A stretch of DNA of 63,881 nucleotides, the filler included, from Lenisia limosa (taxonomy: Eukaryota > Protista > Breviatea): assembly GCA_001655205.1 (NCBI GenBank). It is 12 parts of 12 records of this genome, joined end to end, with 100 filler letters (N's around TTAATTAATTAA, not from the genome) between each part and the next. Parts side by side here need not be neighbours in the genome. Positions count along the whole stretch, not along the records: positions 52,638 to 63,881 come from LPNZ01006717.1; 11 more parts are not named here. One strand, given 5' to 3'. Under the pieces are notes generated by a model, which saw nothing but the letters and a program-made list of their open reading frames with translations, searched no databases and had not been told where the DNA came from. This document shows, one piece after another, positions 62,466 to 63,881 of this stretch. Every line of letters starts with the position of its first letter. Within the stretch, counting starts at the first letter, position 1. The position numbers and the translations under genes are program-made.

Positions 62466-63881
62466 GTTGTGACTTGATTGGTATGTTTGTGCAGTTCACT
62501 GTAAAAATAAGAAAATGAAGAGGGTATTCTTTTGTGTGGAAACTCAATTGGTTACTTTACCTGAAGGAGATTAGTCCCACAATTCACAATTTCAAAAAGG
62601 CAAAAAGGAGAAACTCGACTGAAGCCATAATAAAACAGAGGGGAGTTACATCAAGGCGGGTGAGCAATAACGGGCCCATATTCCAAAAAGTGCCTGGACC
62701 AGCCTTACCTTGCAATCAATTGCCATTATTGGGGAAAATATTTTTTTTTCGAAGAAATTAATTGCCAATTGATTGAAAGTAATTTTGCAATCTTTAGTAG
62801 AAAATCATATTATGACAACATTATTTTGAAATACAGCTAATTATTGAGTGGCTGTTGGAAACTTTCAAAATACAAAGGTTAAACAGTTTTCATTTCAGAT
62901 TGTTTACATGAGGATATGAGGCTTAAATAAAATTTATTGCTTCATTCATGTTCATAATGTAAACTCCACTGTATGAGAAAGACTGATTTTCCAAAATAAA
63001 AACTAATTGCCCTCTGAAGAAGAAATTTAAAGTGGATTCGACAAACATAGCCACACTCCTTCTAAGGTGGGATCAATTTGAAATACTCCCCCCTCTCTCT
63101 CCCCGTGCGCCCCCAGGGTGGAATAAATAGATAGTGTATTGATTGAGGGAAACAGAGATCGCTACCGGCCTCCTATAACGTCAAAAATGGAAAATAAACA
63201 TGTGTATAAGCCCTGACACGAATAGTCATCATGTCAGGACTTAGCTATATGTGACCGTTGCTCACCTACTAAAACTACTGAAAAACAAGGGATTATTACT
63301 GGGGGCTTTTGCGTTTGCTCTCAGCCTAAAAGTGTGTGAGAGAAATAATATATCGATAAAAAAAAAAAAAACGAAATTTGGCAAAAGCAGGGTGTCCAAA
63401 ATATACGGTATTGTACATATGTACTATACCGTAACTATGGTAAGTCTTGACAATCATATTTCCTTTGAGGAGAATCGGTCAAGACACACCACAACCAGTG
63501 TTAGTACACATTGGGATTCCCAACAGTCCCAAAAAAGACTCAATTTCTCGATAAATCCTCGATAAATATCGCACCCATTAGTAAACACAAACCTGGGACA
63601 AACGCCCTTCGAAGCCGTACATATCGGGTGCACTCTGAGTAGTCAAGAAAGATGTATTGTGTGATATGGGATCTGGGGGGAGGGGGAGAGAAAAATGACA
63701 AAATTTATGAAACAAAAAAAAAAGCCCAAATCGGGGGGGTGATGAGGTAGTATTGATGCCATATCAAACTAAATCGATTCCCAACCCCTAAACAGCCCCT
63801 GCAGCCAAGCCAAACCCACATCCTCGATGAGTGTCAAGGGCTGTGAGCCGCTGGGAGAGGCGAAGAGGGACTTGGCAAGGG

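Noticed and set aside
170-63565. Most entries of the six-frame ORF track
   Set aside because: They run through N gaps, introns or antisense strands; real genes are split into 30-200-nt exons
1-63881. tRNA, rRNA or snRNA genes
   Set aside because: No cloverleaf or recognisable structural-RNA sequence seen by eye; tRNAscan-SE/Infernal were not run, so small RNAs cannot be excluded

Overview
Intron-dense eukaryotic nuclear DNA (GT-AG introns of about 30-600 nt; the standard code fits, with TGA, TAG and TAA all seen as stops), probably from a flagellated, mitochondrion-bearing protist. The window is not one contiguous locus: eleven 100-bp N-TTAATTAATTAA-N linkers join at least 12 separate pieces, and genes are cut at them. 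Genes recognised by manual splicing: CELF/Bruno-like triple-RRM protein, CHMP5/Vps60 (3' part), an ankyrin + CCCH zinc finger + TUTase/non-canonical poly(A) polymerase-type nucleotidyltransferase that appears to be a single fused gene, a WD40-like protein, TBCE, ARMC9 (5' part), a penicillin acylase (S45) family gene (5' part), a Munc13-type C2 protein, a FIG4-like SAC phosphatase, one PRP8 exon, CFAP69 and an SLC25A32/FLX1-like carrier, plus several unassigned multi-exon genes. Mobile DNA: a ~100-bp MITE with 8-bp TSDs (about 14 copies, mostly intronic), a 57-58-bp mini element with perfect TSDs, and a degenerate intron-containing piggyBac-like transposase in two tail-to-tail halves. The most unusual signals are in the intron architecture: G-runs at 5' ends with C-runs at 3' ends on both strands, a shared 30-130-nt repeat module forming the 3' end of introns in unrelated genes, and exon ends re-copied just inside introns, creating AG|GT junctions. 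All gene models are hand-spliced without transcript data or database searches, and family names come from recalled motifs.
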